A DNA stretch of 64,000 bases from the NCBI GenBank assembly GCA_963735775.1, contig CAVTMG010000002.1, positions 459,904-523,903 of the forward strand, read 5' to 3'. This document shows, in pieces, positions 48,553-56,381 of this stretch. The notes under the pieces are model-generated. The model was not told the DNA's origin and ran no database searches. It was given only the letters and a program-made list of their open reading frames with translations. Made by a program: the position numbers and the translations under genes. This DNA is from an uncultured Gammaproteobacteria bacterium (lineage in GTDB: Bacteria; Pseudomonadota; Gammaproteobacteria; Steroidobacterales; Steroidobacteraceae). Each line of letters opens with the position of its first letter. Position 1 is the stretch's first letter.

Positions 48553-49391
48553 CCGCCGGCTACCGGCGGCAGGAAAGCGATGGTGTCGCCGTCGGCCAGC
48601 GGCTGCTGCCAATCGCCGAATTCATCGTTGATCGCTACTCGCAGGAATTGCGGTGCCAGCGTCAGGCCGCGTTCACGCTGCAATTGCTGATACAGTTCCT
48701 GCGGCGTGCGAGCCTGGGTTTGCAGCGCCTCGGCGCCGCGGCCGGCCTGCTCACGCAGCAGCGCGAAGTAGCGCACGTTGATGCGCCGCCCCGGCCCGGG
48801 CAGCGAGCCGACGATAGCGCTGGCCGCCGCGTATTCCTCGGCGGAATTGACGTTGTCGAGCGCGCGCGGCTCGGGCAGATCCAGCAGTTCAACATCGTGG
48901 CGCGCCAGCCAGCCGCGCGGACAACGCTCGCCCTGCTCGATCCAGCCCTCGATCGCCGTGCGGCTTGCCGGCTCATAGATCGCGCACAGCGGTTCGGGCA
49001 AACCATCGAACTGGCTGCGATAGGCGGTGGCAAGGCGGCCGGGCGCGCGCCGGGCGATGAGGTGCTGCAAGGTGTTATCGCCCAGGAACGGCAGATCGCA
49101 CGCCAGTACCAGCCAGGCATGGTCGGGATGGGCGCGCAGCGCGGCCTGAATGCCCGCCAACGGACCCAGATCCGGCTGCAGATCCGCGATCGTGTCGTAG
49201 GCGGCGCGATGCCGATCGTGCTGCTGATCGGGACGCACCGAGACGAACGCCCGCGTGACCAGCGGCGAGATGAGTGCCATGGCGCGCGCAAGCTGCGGTT
49301 TGCCGGCGTACTCGAGGATGGCCTTGTCGCGTTTCATGCGCGTGCTGCGCCCCCCCGCGAGCACCAGGCCGTATAGCGGCGCCGCGCTCAT
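48549..49391 (-). CDS. MobA-like NTP-transferase domain fused in frame to a C-terminal MoaD sulfur-carrier domain
   Basis: The N-terminal ~195 aa has [27 protein letters not shown] linker LPGPGRR follows, then [14 protein letters not shown]....[14 protein letters not shown] (MoaD-type C-terminal GG). There is no stop between the domains. Confidence 0.7.
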   Translation of the reverse strand: MSAAPLYGLVLAGGRSTRMKRDKAILEYAGKPQLARAMALISPLVTRAFVSVRPDQQHDRHRAAYDTIADLQPDLGPLAGIQAALRAHPDHAWLVLACDLPFLGDNTLQHLIARRAPGRLATAYRSQFDGLPEPLCAIYEPASRTAIEGWIEQGERCPRGWLARHDVELLDLPEPRALDNVNSAEEYAAASAIVGSLPGPGRRINVRYFALLREQAGRGAEALQTQARTPQELYQQLQRERGLTLAPQFLRVAINDEFGDWQQPLADGDTIAFLPPVAGG

Positions 49392-49891
49392 GGGTACGGC
49401 TTGCGGCGGGTACCCCCGCTCTTGGATACCAGCCGCACGCGCTCGATGCGGATGTCGTGCGACAGCGCCTTGCACATATCGTAAATCGTCAAGGCGGCAA
49501 TGCTAGCGCCGGTCAATGCCTCCATTTCCACACCGGTCTTGTGGTGCACCTCGACGCGGCAGCGCACAATCACCAGCGCCCCGGATTTGGCGGGTTGCAG
49601 CCGGATGTCGAGCTGGCACTGCTCGAGCGCGAGCGGATGGCAGAACGGAATCAGCTCCGAGGTGCGCTTGGCGGCCATGACGCCGGCCAGGATCGCGGTG
49701 TCGAACACGGGACCTTTCTTGGTGCGATGACCAGTGCGCTGCAACGCCCTGGCTACCAGCGCCGGCAGGCGCACACGCGCCTCGGCTTCGGCGATGCGAT
49801 GGGTAACAGCCTTGGCGCCGACGTCGACCATGGTGGGACGAGAGCGTGCATCCAGGTGCGTGAGCCGTGGGGCGCGGGACGAGCGGGCCAT
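49388..49891 (-). CDS. moaC: cyclic pyranopterin monophosphate synthase
   Basis: Contains ..LTHLD....P.MVDVG.K..T.R.A.A.., ..IPFCHPL.. and ..[19 protein letters not shown]. Confidence 0.9.
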   Translation of the reverse strand: MARSSRAPRLTHLDARSRPTMVDVGAKAVTHRIAEAEARVRLPALVARALQRTGHRTKKGPVFDTAILAGVMAAKRTSELIPFCHPLALEQCQLDIRLQPAKSGALVIVRCRVEVHHKTGVEMEALTGASIAALTIYDMCKALSHDIRIERVRLVSKSGGTRRKPYP

Positions 49892-49896
49892 TGAGC

Positions 49897-50946
49897 TCAG
49901 CCGCCGACGTGATTCATTTCGACGTGCTGCACGCGCCGCGCGCGCAGCTGGTCGCGTATTTCGCTGTAGCGATCGGCACGGCGCTCCCAGATGGCGCGCA
50001 TCAGCGCGCTCAATTCTTCATCGGTGGCGCCGCCACGCAGCGGCGCCCGCAGGTCCGCGCCCTCAGCCGCGAACAGACAGGTGTAGAACTTGCCGTCGGA
50101 GGACAAGCGCGCGCGCGTACAGTTGCCGCAGAAGGGCTGCGTCACCGAGGCGATGAAGCCGATCTCGCCGGCACCGTCGTTGAAGGCGTAGCGGCGTGCG
50201 ACCTCGCCGGTGTAGGCGGGCTCGAGTGCCGTGAGCGGCCAGCGCGCGCTGATGCGCCCGAGCAGTTCCTGCGCCGGCACCACGCGGGCGCGCTCCCACT
50301 CGTTGCGATTGCCGACATCCATGTATTCGATGAAGCGCACGATGATGCCGGTGCCGCGAAAACGCTCGAGCAGATCGAGCGCGGTGTGATCGTTGAGGCC
50401 GCGCTCGATGACGGTATTGAGTTTGATCGGCGACAGTCCGGAGCGCTGCGCCGCCGCGATGCCGTTCAATACGTCATCGACGCTGCCCAGCTCGCCAGAC
50501 ATGGCCTTGAACACGCCCGGATCGAGACTGTCCAGGCTTACGGTCACGCGCTTGAGCCCGGCAGCGCTCAACGCTGCCGCCTGCTGCGCCAGCAATACAC
50601 CGTTGGTGGTCAATGCCACGTCCTCGATGCCCGGCAGCGAGCTCAGGTCGCCAATCAGATCCGCCAGCCCGGGGCGCAGTAAGGGCTCACCGCCGGTAAT
50701 GCGCAGCTTCACCACCCCCAGGTCGAGGAACAGCCGCGTCAGCCGCAGGATTTCATCGAAATTCAGCCGTTCACTGGATTTGAGAAAGCGGTATTGCTCG
50801 TGGAAACGCTCGCGCGGCATGCAGTAGGGGCAGCGAAAATTGCAGCGATCGATCACCGACAGCCGCAGATCCCGCAATGGGCGGCTGAAGCTGTCCTGCA
50901 CCCGGCGGCGGCGCGGCACAAGGGGGTATACGGGAGCGCTGCTCAT
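49897..50946 (-). CDS. moaA: GTP 3',8-cyclase (radical SAM)
   Basis: Contains ..[19 protein letters not shown] (CxxxCxxC), ..[11 protein letters not shown].. and the C-terminal ..[21 protein letters not shown]. The ATG at 50946 was chosen downstream of the moeA stop. Confidence 0.9.
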   Translation of the reverse strand: MSSAPVYPLVPRRRRVQDSFSRPLRDLRLSVIDRCNFRCPYCMPRERFHEQYRFLKSSERLNFDEILRLTRLFLDLGVVKLRITGGEPLLRPGLADLIGDLSSLPGIEDVALTTNGVLLAQQAAALSAAGLKRVTVSLDSLDPGVFKAMSGELGSVDDVLNGIAAAQRSGLSPIKLNTVIERGLNDHTALDLLERFRGTGIIVRFIEYMDVGNRNEWERARVVPAQELLGRISARWPLTALEPAYTGEVARRYAFNDGAGEIGFIASVTQPFCGNCTRARLSSDGKFYTCLFAAEGADLRAPLRGGATDEELSALMRAIWERRADRYSEIRDQLRARRVQHVEMNHVGG

Positions 50947-50974
50947 ACTGCCAAGGCTAGCAGATTGCGCTCGC

Positions 50975-52174
50975 TTACCAGCGATACAGCCGCGCAACAT
51001 ACCCCTTGGCAAAGTCGGCCGGGCCCGGGGGCAGTTCGATGAAGCCATCGGTCAAGGCCAGGGAGGCGAAATCCCCGGAGCCGTTGGTCGGGCACGGCGT
51101 TGCCCAAGGGCGCGCCCACTCGTCGTGGGCCAGGCGCACGGGTACGAAGCCGGTCAGCGCCGTCGACCACTGGAGAGGTTCGGCCAGGGCCACACGCTCG
51201 CCCGTCGATGGCGGCATGCCCATGGCCCGGTACAGCGCCGGGATCACATAACGCACCAGGCACACCAGGGTCGAGACCGGGTTGCCCGGCAATGCAAACA
51301 CCGAGTGACCGTCGCCGGAGGTGCCGTACCACATGGGCCTGCCCGGACGTTGCGCAACCCCGTGCAGCACACAGCGCACGCCGATGTTTTCAAGCGCCTT
51401 GGGCACCAGGTCGAAGCGTCCCATCGACACGCCTCCAGACAGGATCAGAACCTCATGGGTATTCAGATGCAGGCGCAGCCGGTCGTGCATTTGTGCGGCA
51501 TCGTCAGCCACATGATCGTCGGCAACCCGGTGAAAACCGCGCTGACGAAGTGCCGCCGCTACCGCGTAAGCGTTCGAGCGGCGAATCTGGTGCGGTTCGA
51601 TCGGATCACCCGGCTCGATCAGTTCATTGCCGGTGGAGATCACGGCGATCGCCGGCTGGCTGCTGACGCGCACGCGCGCCATGCCGGCCGAGGCGGCCAC
51701 TGCAATCTCGGGAGCGCGCAGGACACTGCCCGCGGCCAGCAGCAGGGCTCCCTGGCTGCGATCGCTGGCGCGTCGGTGCACATTGCCCCAGGGTGCCGGA
51801 GTCAAGCCGGTCTCGAGCTCTACCTGGCCGTCGGCGCTGCGCAGCCGTTCAACCGGCACCACACTGTCGCAGCCGCCGGGTAGTACCGCCCCGGTCATCA
51901 CCTCGATGCAATGCTCGCCCGAGGCCAGTACGGTGGGCAGGTCACCGGCAGCCTGCGTGGTTTGAACCCGGAAGCGGCGCCGCCCGCGGGCGGCGGCACT
52001 GGAGGCGAGCGCGACCCCGTCCATGGTTACACGGTCGAATGGCGGCTGGTCGCGTTCGGCGTAGACGTTCTCGCGCAGCACGGCCCCGGCACATTGCCCC
52101 ACCGGCAACGATTCAATCGGCAGGCAGGCCAGGTGGGCGCTGATGAGCTTTTCTGCGGCTTGCGGATCGAGCAT
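50975..52174 (-). CDS. moeA: molybdopterin molybdotransferase
   Basis: 399 aa. Contains ..PPFDRVTMDGVA.., ..ISTGNELIEPG.., ..SGGVSMGRFD.. and ..ALPGNPVS. Confidence 0.88.
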   Translation of the reverse strand: MLDPQAAEKLISAHLACLPIESLPVGQCAGAVLRENVYAERDQPPFDRVTMDGVALASSAAARGRRRFRVQTTQAAGDLPTVLASGEHCIEVMTGAVLPGGCDSVVPVERLRSADGQVELETGLTPAPWGNVHRRASDRSQGALLLAAGSVLRAPEIAVAASAGMARVRVSSQPAIAVISTGNELIEPGDPIEPHQIRRSNAYAVAAALRQRGFHRVADDHVADDAAQMHDRLRLHLNTHEVLILSGGVSMGRFDLVPKALENIGVRCVLHGVAQRPGRPMWYGTSGDGHSVFALPGNPVSTLVCLVRYVIPALYRAMGMPPSTGERVALAEPLQWSTALTGFVPVRLAHDEWARPWATPCPTNGSGDFASLALTDGFIELPPGPADFAKGYVARLYRW

Positions 52175-52198
52175 TAGCGCATGTTACGCTCAAGGCAT

Positions 52199-52272
52199 GC
52201 GCCCGTAGCTCAGTTGGATAGAGCATCAGGCTTCGAACCTGAGGGTCGGGAGTTCGAATCTCTCCGGGCGCG
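52199..52272 (+). tRNA. tRNA-Arg (anticodon UCG)
   Basis: Hand-folded cloverleaf: acceptor GCGCCCG/CGGGCGC, D arm GCTC-AGTTGGATA-GAGC, anticodon arm TCAGG-CTTCGAA-CCTGA and T arm GGGAG-TTCGAAT-CTCTC. It is 74 nt and the CCA is not encoded. Confidence 0.85.
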
Positions 52273-52578
52273 CAAATAGATCAATTACTTGCCGCTGATC
52301 GGCAACGCTTTCCATAAGCGAGCATTGGGGCCGATGCCGTGGAATGGAATCAAGTCCTTGGGAGACAGACTTTCGAGCTGTTCCACACGACCATTTGAGG
52401 GCGAAATGGGAACCCTCCCTAGTCCGCCATTTACCTGGAGTCGCCGGTCCCAAGTGTCTGCTATTGGGCAGCCTGTTGAGCGAGCGCGCCGCGCGCAAGC
52501 GCGTCCACGGTTCGCTGCAGCGCGAACCCAGGTGGCACCGTCGCCCCACCTGACTCTTGAACCGTCGTCATTCGCCTA

Positions 52579-52887
52579 CTATCGTAGCGCTTTCATGGAA
52601 ACTGCGATCACCGTCAGAGCGGCGCTGACAATGGCGCCGTAGGCATTCGCTCTAAGCGACTCATAATGCCTAAGAACTCGCAGATTGGTTGCTACTTCCG
52701 CCGGAGGAACAGCTGGAGGCAGAAGGTAGGCCCTTTTCAGCACGTAGCCAGGTCGGCTACGTCGTGGTTGAAAAAGCACCTGCAGTGTTGGAGTTCCCTG
52801 CACACGGCGAAGCAGGTAAAACACGCAGGCAATATAGCCTACGGCAAAGCAGAGCGTGGCAATGGCAAAGAGAAGCGTAACGCTCAA
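52579..52887 (-). CDS. hypothetical membrane protein (two hydrophobic segments)
   Basis: 102-aa ORF with a TTG start overlapping the upstream stop (TTGA). It begins MSVTLLFAIATLCFAVGYIACVFYLL and ends ..YGAIVSAALTVIAVSM. No family recognised. Confidence 0.35.
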   Translation of the reverse strand: MSVTLLFAIATLCFAVGYIACVFYLLRRVQGTPTLQVLFQPRRSRPGYVLKRAYLLPPAVPPAEVATNLRVLRHYESLRANAYGAIVSAALTVIAVSMKALR

Positions 52888-53153
52888 GTGCCACCTAACA
52901 GTATCAAGGAAACCAACATAGGGAGTAGTTCCCAGTGACGAGCGAGTAAACGCGCAACAGCGTTAGAAAGAGCCTCTGCGACACCGCCGTCGTCGCAAGG
53001 TGCGAATTGCATTCTCGCTCGGGCCACCTTCTTCCAGGTATTCAAATGATCCGTAGCGGTCTCTGCGATGAACCCGTCCTGCTGCGAACACTTATCGGCA
53101 CAAGCCCTGGGGCCGCAGCAAAATTCTGCGAGCAGGATGATGCCAATAGCCAT
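52884..53153 (-). CDS. hypothetical Cys-containing small protein
   Basis: ATG at 53153: MAIGIILLAEFCCGPRACADKCSQQDG..WKKVARARMQFAPCDDGG... No family recognised. Confidence 0.3.
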   Translation of the reverse strand: MAIGIILLAEFCCGPRACADKCSQQDGFIAETATDHLNTWKKVARARMQFAPCDDGGVAEALSNAVARLLARHWELLPMLVSLILLGGT

Positions 53154-53372
53154 TGAGTACCTTTGACATCTTCCTGGCTTATCCGAACCCACCAATGGCC
53201 GCTTTGTGGGCGTCATTCCGAAATTGCCAGCGACCGGTTCTGGACGGCTGCCGCCGGATAACTCGCGCGTTGAACATGCCCTTTAAAAGCGGAAATAGGA
53301 AGGTCGTGAAGCAGCCACTGGTTCGGATGGTCTCCACCTGGGATGGTCGAATGGGCATCTGCACTTTTGCGC

Positions 53373-53654
53373 CTATGCAGCTTTTCGTACCTTTATGTCG
53401 ACGCGCAGGCCCGCCGCTGCCGCCATATTGACGAGAGCATCCAGACCAAACAGGTCGATTTTTCCACGCATGAGGTCGGATACGCGCGGCTGCGTAACAC
53501 CGAACAGCTTGGCGATCTGGGCCTGGCTGAGGTCGGCGCGGGCTAGATGCGCTTTCAGAGCCATCATCAGGGCCGAGCGCAGCTTCATATTGTCAGCTTC
53601 CTCGTGCGTACCCTCGATGGCGTCCCACACGCTAACAAATCGATTTTTGCTCAT
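53373..53654 (-). CDS. XRE-family HTH antitoxin (HigA-like)
   Basis: 93 aa. Contains ..LRSALMMALKAHLARADLSQAQIAKLFGVTQPRVSDLMRGKIDLFGLDALVNMAAAAG. The start overlaps the toxin stop (TAATG). Confidence 0.75.
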   Translation of the reverse strand: MSKNRFVSVWDAIEGTHEEADNMKLRSALMMALKAHLARADLSQAQIAKLFGVTQPRVSDLMRGKIDLFGLDALVNMAAAAGLRVDIKVRKAA

Positions 53655-53964
53655 TACCCTAGCTCCTTCATCAAATCGCGGTAGCGTTTCTCGGCCAGGG
53701 CCACATCCGTCTTGCTCGTCTTTTGTGTCTTCTTCTTGAAACAGTGAAGCACATAGACAGCATCGGCAAATTTAGCTACGTAGATGACGCGGTACGCTCC
53801 AGCGGCGTCCCGAATCCGGATTTCCTGAACCCCGGAGCCAATCCTGGGCATGGGCTTCCAGTCATCCGGCTCCTGGCCTTGTTGTACCTGATCGAGTTGA
53901 TGCCCCGCTTCACGCCGTGCCGATTCAGGAAATGCCCTAAGGTCATCGAGAGGCCGTTTTCGAA
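53654..53964 (-). pseudogene. RelE/HigB (Gp49-like) toxin lacking its first ~8-10 codons and any canonical start
   Basis: ..RPLDDLRAFPESARREAGHQLDQVQQGQEPDDWKPMPRIGSGVQEIRIRDAAGAYRVIYVAKFADAVYVLHCFKKKTQKTSKTDVALAEKRYRDLMKELG*. Homology begins exactly where the tRNA-derived repeat ends. Confidence 0.65.
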
Positions 53965-54002
53965 CCTGAGGGTCGGTAGTTCGAATTTCCCCGGGCGCGC
54001 CA
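53959..54002 (+). repeat. direct repeat of the 3' half of tRNA-Arg (att-like), ending in CCA
   Basis: ttcgaacctgagggtcggTagttcgaatTtcCccgggcgcgcCa compared with tRNA positions 52232-52272 plus flank gives 39 of 43 matches by hand alignment. Confidence 0.85.
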
Positions 54003-54180
54003 AACGGCACTATATCGTTGCCAAACAAGCCTGTCGCCAATCGTGTAGGACAAACACTGACGGAAAATTTTTCATAGTCCCACGAGCGCTTAGGTCGCGA
54101 CCGCTGCTGGCGATTGACCGTCGTTGTTACAAAGGGTGGTAGGTTTTTCCATTCGGCCTTCCCGACAGCGGAGAGCAGGA

Positions 54181-55154
54181 ATGACTGATATGTCAAATTG
54201 CATGGTCGGCCGCTCCAGTGCCATGCAGGCGGTGCGTGACCTGGTGGCCAAGGTTGCGCCAACCGATGCCACCGTCCTGATCTCCGGCGAGAGCGGCTCC
54301 GGCAAGGAACTGGTCGCGCAAGCCATCCATGCCCGCAGTGCCCGGGTGAGCGGACCGTTCCTGGGTATCAACTGCGGGGCGCTGGCGCCGAGCTTGATCG
54401 AGTCGGAGCTATTCGGCTTTGAGCGCGGCAGCTTCACCGGTGCTTCGCGCAGTCACGCCGGCATGGTCGAACGTGCCTCGGGCGGCACCCTGTTCCTCGA
54501 TGAAGTCACCGAGATGAGCGCCGATATGCAGACGCGATTGCTGCGTTTCCTCGAGACCCAGCGTTTCTATCGCGTCGGCGGTTCACAGGAGCTGCGCACG
54601 GACGTACGGGTCGTGGCCGCGACCAATCGCTCGCCCGTGCAGGCAGTTCGTGACGGCGCGATGCGCGAGGATCTGCTATATCGCCTGGCGGTGTTTCCGA
54701 TCCGGCTGGCGCCGCTGCGCGAACGCGGCGATGACGTGGTGCTGCTGGCCGAGCATTTTCTCAGCGAACTGAACTCGCGCCACGGCACTGTCAAGACATT
54801 CAGTAACGCCGCGCGGCAGACACTGCGCGATTATCACTGGCCCGGCAATGTGCGCGAATTCAAGAACGCGATCGAGCGCGCCTACATATTGTGCGAGCGC
54901 GACCTCGAATTGCAGCCCATGAATATTCATTCCGCGCAGCGGCGAGCCTGCGCACGCAGCCAGCAGCGACGGCGGGATCCAGGTACCGATCGGCTCTTCC
55001 CTGGCACAGGCCGAACGCTGGTTGATTGAAGCCACACTGGCCCATTGGGCCGGGAATAAAAATCGGGCCGCGAGGACTGCTGGGATGCAGCTTGAAAACC
55101 CTGTATAACAAGCTCGCGGCCTACGAACGCCAGGGAATGGGAGCAGGGGCGTGA
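54181..55154 (+). pseudogene. sigma54-dependent transcriptional activator consisting only of AAA+ and Fis-type HTH domains (PspF-like architecture), ~2 frameshifts near the 3' end
   Basis: MVGRSSAMQAVRDLVAKVAPTDATVLISGESGSGKELVA.., ..ESELFGFERGSFTGA.., ..GTLFLDEV.. and ..WPGNVREF.. are in one frame. The C-terminal ..AARLLGCSLKTLYNKLAAYE is in another frame. Confidence 0.8.
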
Positions 55155-55197
55155 TCCAGATTGCCAGCCGTAATCCGCGACCGGGGAGATAGAACAC

Positions 55198-55830
55198 ATG
55201 TCCAAAATTCTAATAGCCGATGACCATGCGATGGTTCGGGCTGGCCTGCGCCAGTTTCTTACCGAGGATCGCAGCATCACCGAAATCGGTGAAGCCGCTT
55301 CCGGTAACGAGACCCTCGATCAGTTGCGCTCGGGCAGCTGGGATCTGGTGATCCTGGACATCAACATGCCCGATCGCAGCGGGCTGGATATCCTGCGCTA
55401 CGTGCGCGCCAGCTATCCCGATACCAAGGTGCTGGTGCTGAGCGGGTTTCCGGAGCGACAGTACGCGATCAACGTGCTCAAAGCCGGCGCCGGCGGATAC
55501 CTGCCCAAGGAATGTGCGCCCGAGGAACTGCTCAAGGCCACCCGCGCGGTGATGCAGGGGCGCCGCTACGTCAGCGCAAATCTGGCCGAGCTGCTGCTAT
55601 CGGATCTCGATGGTGACAACGATCAGCCGCTGCACCGCCGCCTGTCCGAGCGCGAGTTCCAGATTTTCTGCAAGCTTGCGGCTGGGCGCGCGGTCTCGTC
55701 GATCGCCGATGAGCTGTGCCTGTCGGTCAAGACGGTCAGTACCTATCGAACCCGCATCCTGGAAAAAATGAGCCTGACGACCAATGCGGACATAACGACG
55801 TATGCATTGAGAAATGGAATCATCCAGTGA
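55198..55830 (+). CDS. NarL/LuxR-family response regulator
   Basis: REC domain MSKILIADDHAMVRAGL..DLVILDINMPDRSG, plus the C-terminal LuxR HTH ..LSEREFQIFCKLAAGRAVSSIADELCLSVKTVSTYRTRILEKM. Confidence 0.9.
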   Translation: MSKILIADDHAMVRAGLRQFLTEDRSITEIGEAASGNETLDQLRSGSWDLVILDINMPDRSGLDILRYVRASYPDTKVLVLSGFPERQYAINVLKAGAGGYLPKECAPEELLKATRAVMQGRRYVSANLAELLLSDLDGDNDQPLHRRLSEREFQIFCKLAAGRAVSSIADELCLSVKTVSTYRTRILEKMSLTTNADITTYALRNGIIQ

Positions 55831-55960
55831 CGACGCAGTGCGGGACGCTGTAGGCTGAGTCCGAGTGAAGTCGTGCGACGTTCACAGCTTTACTCGGGAT
55901 TTTCCCTGCTCGTATTCTCCAACCATGAATGCGGTCGGCTTACATGAACAACGGTCAGAG

Positions 55961-56371
55961 ATGAGTGCTCGTAATCTCTCGGTCCTTTTGGTCGAAGACT
56001 CGCGGGTGCTGGCGGAGCGGCTGCGGGAAACATTGCTCGGCGTGCCGGGCGTGGAACTTGCCGGTACCGTCGACAGTGAGGCCGAGGCAGTTGCCGCATT
56101 GCAGCGCCGGCCCGTAGACGTCGTGCTGCTGGATTTGCACCTGCGGCAGGGCACGGGCTTCGGCGTACTGCGTGCCATTCCCACCGACCGTGCGCAGAAA
56201 ACCGTGGTCATCGTCCTGACCAACTATGATCTGGCCGAATATCGGCGTGCCGCTGCGGCTCTGGGCGCCCGCCACTTCCTCGACAAGTTGCGCGATTTCG
56301 ATCGCCTGCCGACGCTACTGCAGCAGATCGGTGCGGAATTGCCCGATACCCCGGAAGAGCCGCTGAACTAG
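55961..56371 (+). CDS. single-domain response regulator (receiver only)
   Basis: ..LSVLLVEDSRVLAERL..VDVVLLDLHLRQGTG..VIVLTNY....A..LGA..FLDK. The start is uncertain (55925 or 55961). Confidence 0.75.
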   Translation: MSARNLSVLLVEDSRVLAERLRETLLGVPGVELAGTVDSEAEAVAALQRRPVDVVLLDLHLRQGTGFGVLRAIPTDRAQKTVVIVLTNYDLAEYRRAAAALGARHFLDKLRDFDRLPTLLQQIGAELPDTPEEPLN

Positions 56372-56381
56372 CTGCTCGTGC

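Larger units (their letters stand above)
52273..54002. mobile_element. degenerate tRNA-Arg-associated genomic islet (~1.7 kb, visibly lower GC, no integrase)
   Basis: Bounded by the tRNA 3' end and a 44-nt direct repeat of the tRNA 3' half. It carries a TA module and two orphan small ORFs. Confidence 0.55.

Noticed and set aside
52226-52549. A 107-aa ORF ending ..RPERFELPTLRFEA, and its twin at 53776..54003 (..GKFELPTLRFENG..)
   Set aside because: Both are translations of the tRNA-Arg gene and its 3'-half repeat on the opposite strand, a classic artefact.
52273-52578. An integrase or its remnant next to the tRNA
   Set aside because: None of the six frames shows tyrosine-recombinase motifs (no R..HxxR..Y pattern). 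Only short, non-descript ORFs are present, so none is reported.
54003-54262. An upstream extension of the toxin ORF to an ATG at 54262 (202-aa version)
   Set aside because: It would translate through the tRNA-derived repeat and unrelated sequence. It shows no similarity to toxin N-termini and has no SD.
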